Shown here in pieces: positions 63,160 to 64,000 of a stretch of DNA of 64,000 nucleotides. Numbering within the stretch: position 1 is the first letter of the stretch; every line of letters starts with the position of its first letter. The notes below the pieces were generated by a model. The model made no database searches. It had not been told where the DNA came from and worked only from the letters and a program-made list of their open reading frames with translations. The position numbers and the translations under genes are program-made. The stretch is from an uncultured Thermoleophilia bacterium (GTDB lineage Bacteria; Actinomycetota; Thermoleophilia; UBA2241). The stretch covers positions 896,001 through 960,000 of the forward strand of contig CAVPCT010000005.1 in the NCBI GenBank assembly GCA_963702475.1. Reading direction: 5' to 3'.

Positions 63160-64000
63160 GTCTCCTCCTTGCCCTGCGCGGCACCGTCGCCCGCATGGCG
63201 TTCTCGCCACTCGAGCGCGGCCGCGTAGGCCGCAGAGCTGGACTCGCCGACGAGCTCCGCCTCCGGGAAGATGGCGATCGCGGACGAGTCCGCCGCTTCG
63301 GCGCGCCTGAACTGCGCGAGCAGGTCGGGGGTCACCCCGCTGAGGAAGAGACGGCCGCCGACGTCCTCGAGCTGCCGCGCGTACACGCGTGAGGATCTTG
63401 AACGAGGTGACGCCGAGCGCCGTACGACCGCGCAGGCGAAGCACGACGACCGGGGCGGCTGCGCCCTGCGGGTCGGGCAAGCGTGCAGCCAGGGTGCGCG
63501 CGCCCGCGTAGTACAGGCTTCCATAGACGTCGAGCAGGATGGCCTCGCGGCCCAGAAGCGTCGCCGGAGCCGGCCGCTCGGCGAAGCGACCGTCGGGGAG
63601 CAGGGCAAGCTCGACGACCCTGAGATCGAGGGCCTCTCGGTTGAGCTGCAGAAGCAGCGACAGCGCTACGCCGATGCCGACGGCGGCGGCGATCGGCAGG
63701 AAGAGCGTCGCGAGGAAGGTGGTCACCATGGCGACCACGGAGCTCGCGCCGGTGCGCATCACCATCCGGATCTCGTCGACCTTGACGGAGCTCACCGCGG
63801 CGAAGATGAGGATCGCAGCCAGCGTCGGCATCGCGACCCTGCCGACGAAGCCCGAGAACACCGAGAGGATGGCGAGCATCCAGAGGCCCGAGAAGATCGA
63901 CGCCCAGCGGGTGTGCGCCCCGGCGGCGACGTTGAGCGCCGTCTGCCCCACCGAGCCGCCGACGGGCTGCCCGCGAAACAGGCCGGCGGCGATGTTGGCG
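63156..64000 (-). CDS. SulP family transporter, 3' part (runs off the window; frameshift near 63390)
   Basis: PVGGSVGQTALNV..GA.TRWA; STAS-like YGSLYYAGA. Confidence 0.85.

Overview
High-GC bacterial DNA, probably Actinomycetota; Thermoleophilia-like is an inference from gene content and style. Many genes carry apparent single-base frameshifts, most likely long-read indel errors. The left third holds signalling and accessory genes: MarR, CapA, MMPL with an ECF sigma factor, two class III cyclase-STAND ATPases, a CBS/DUF294 protein, two GGDEF proteins and a B12 radical SAM enzyme. From about 29.9 to 59.4 kb lies a tandem array of at least three islands integrated at tRNA-Arg(CCT). They are bounded by 47-bp copies of the tRNA 3' half with conserved flanking arms, and no integrase is recognisable. 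One island carries a TetR-mttB-corrinoid protein-NCS1 permease-SDR cluster whose MttB has an in-frame TAG at the position matching the catalytic pyrrolysine of methanogen MttB. Other notable signals are a four-promoter palindromic regulon driving small membrane/secreted proteins (candidate regulator: a MalT-like LuxR), a multi-hairpin candidate sRNA with C-rich loops, and a cyclase-STAND-TM-HtrA/PDZ fusion.
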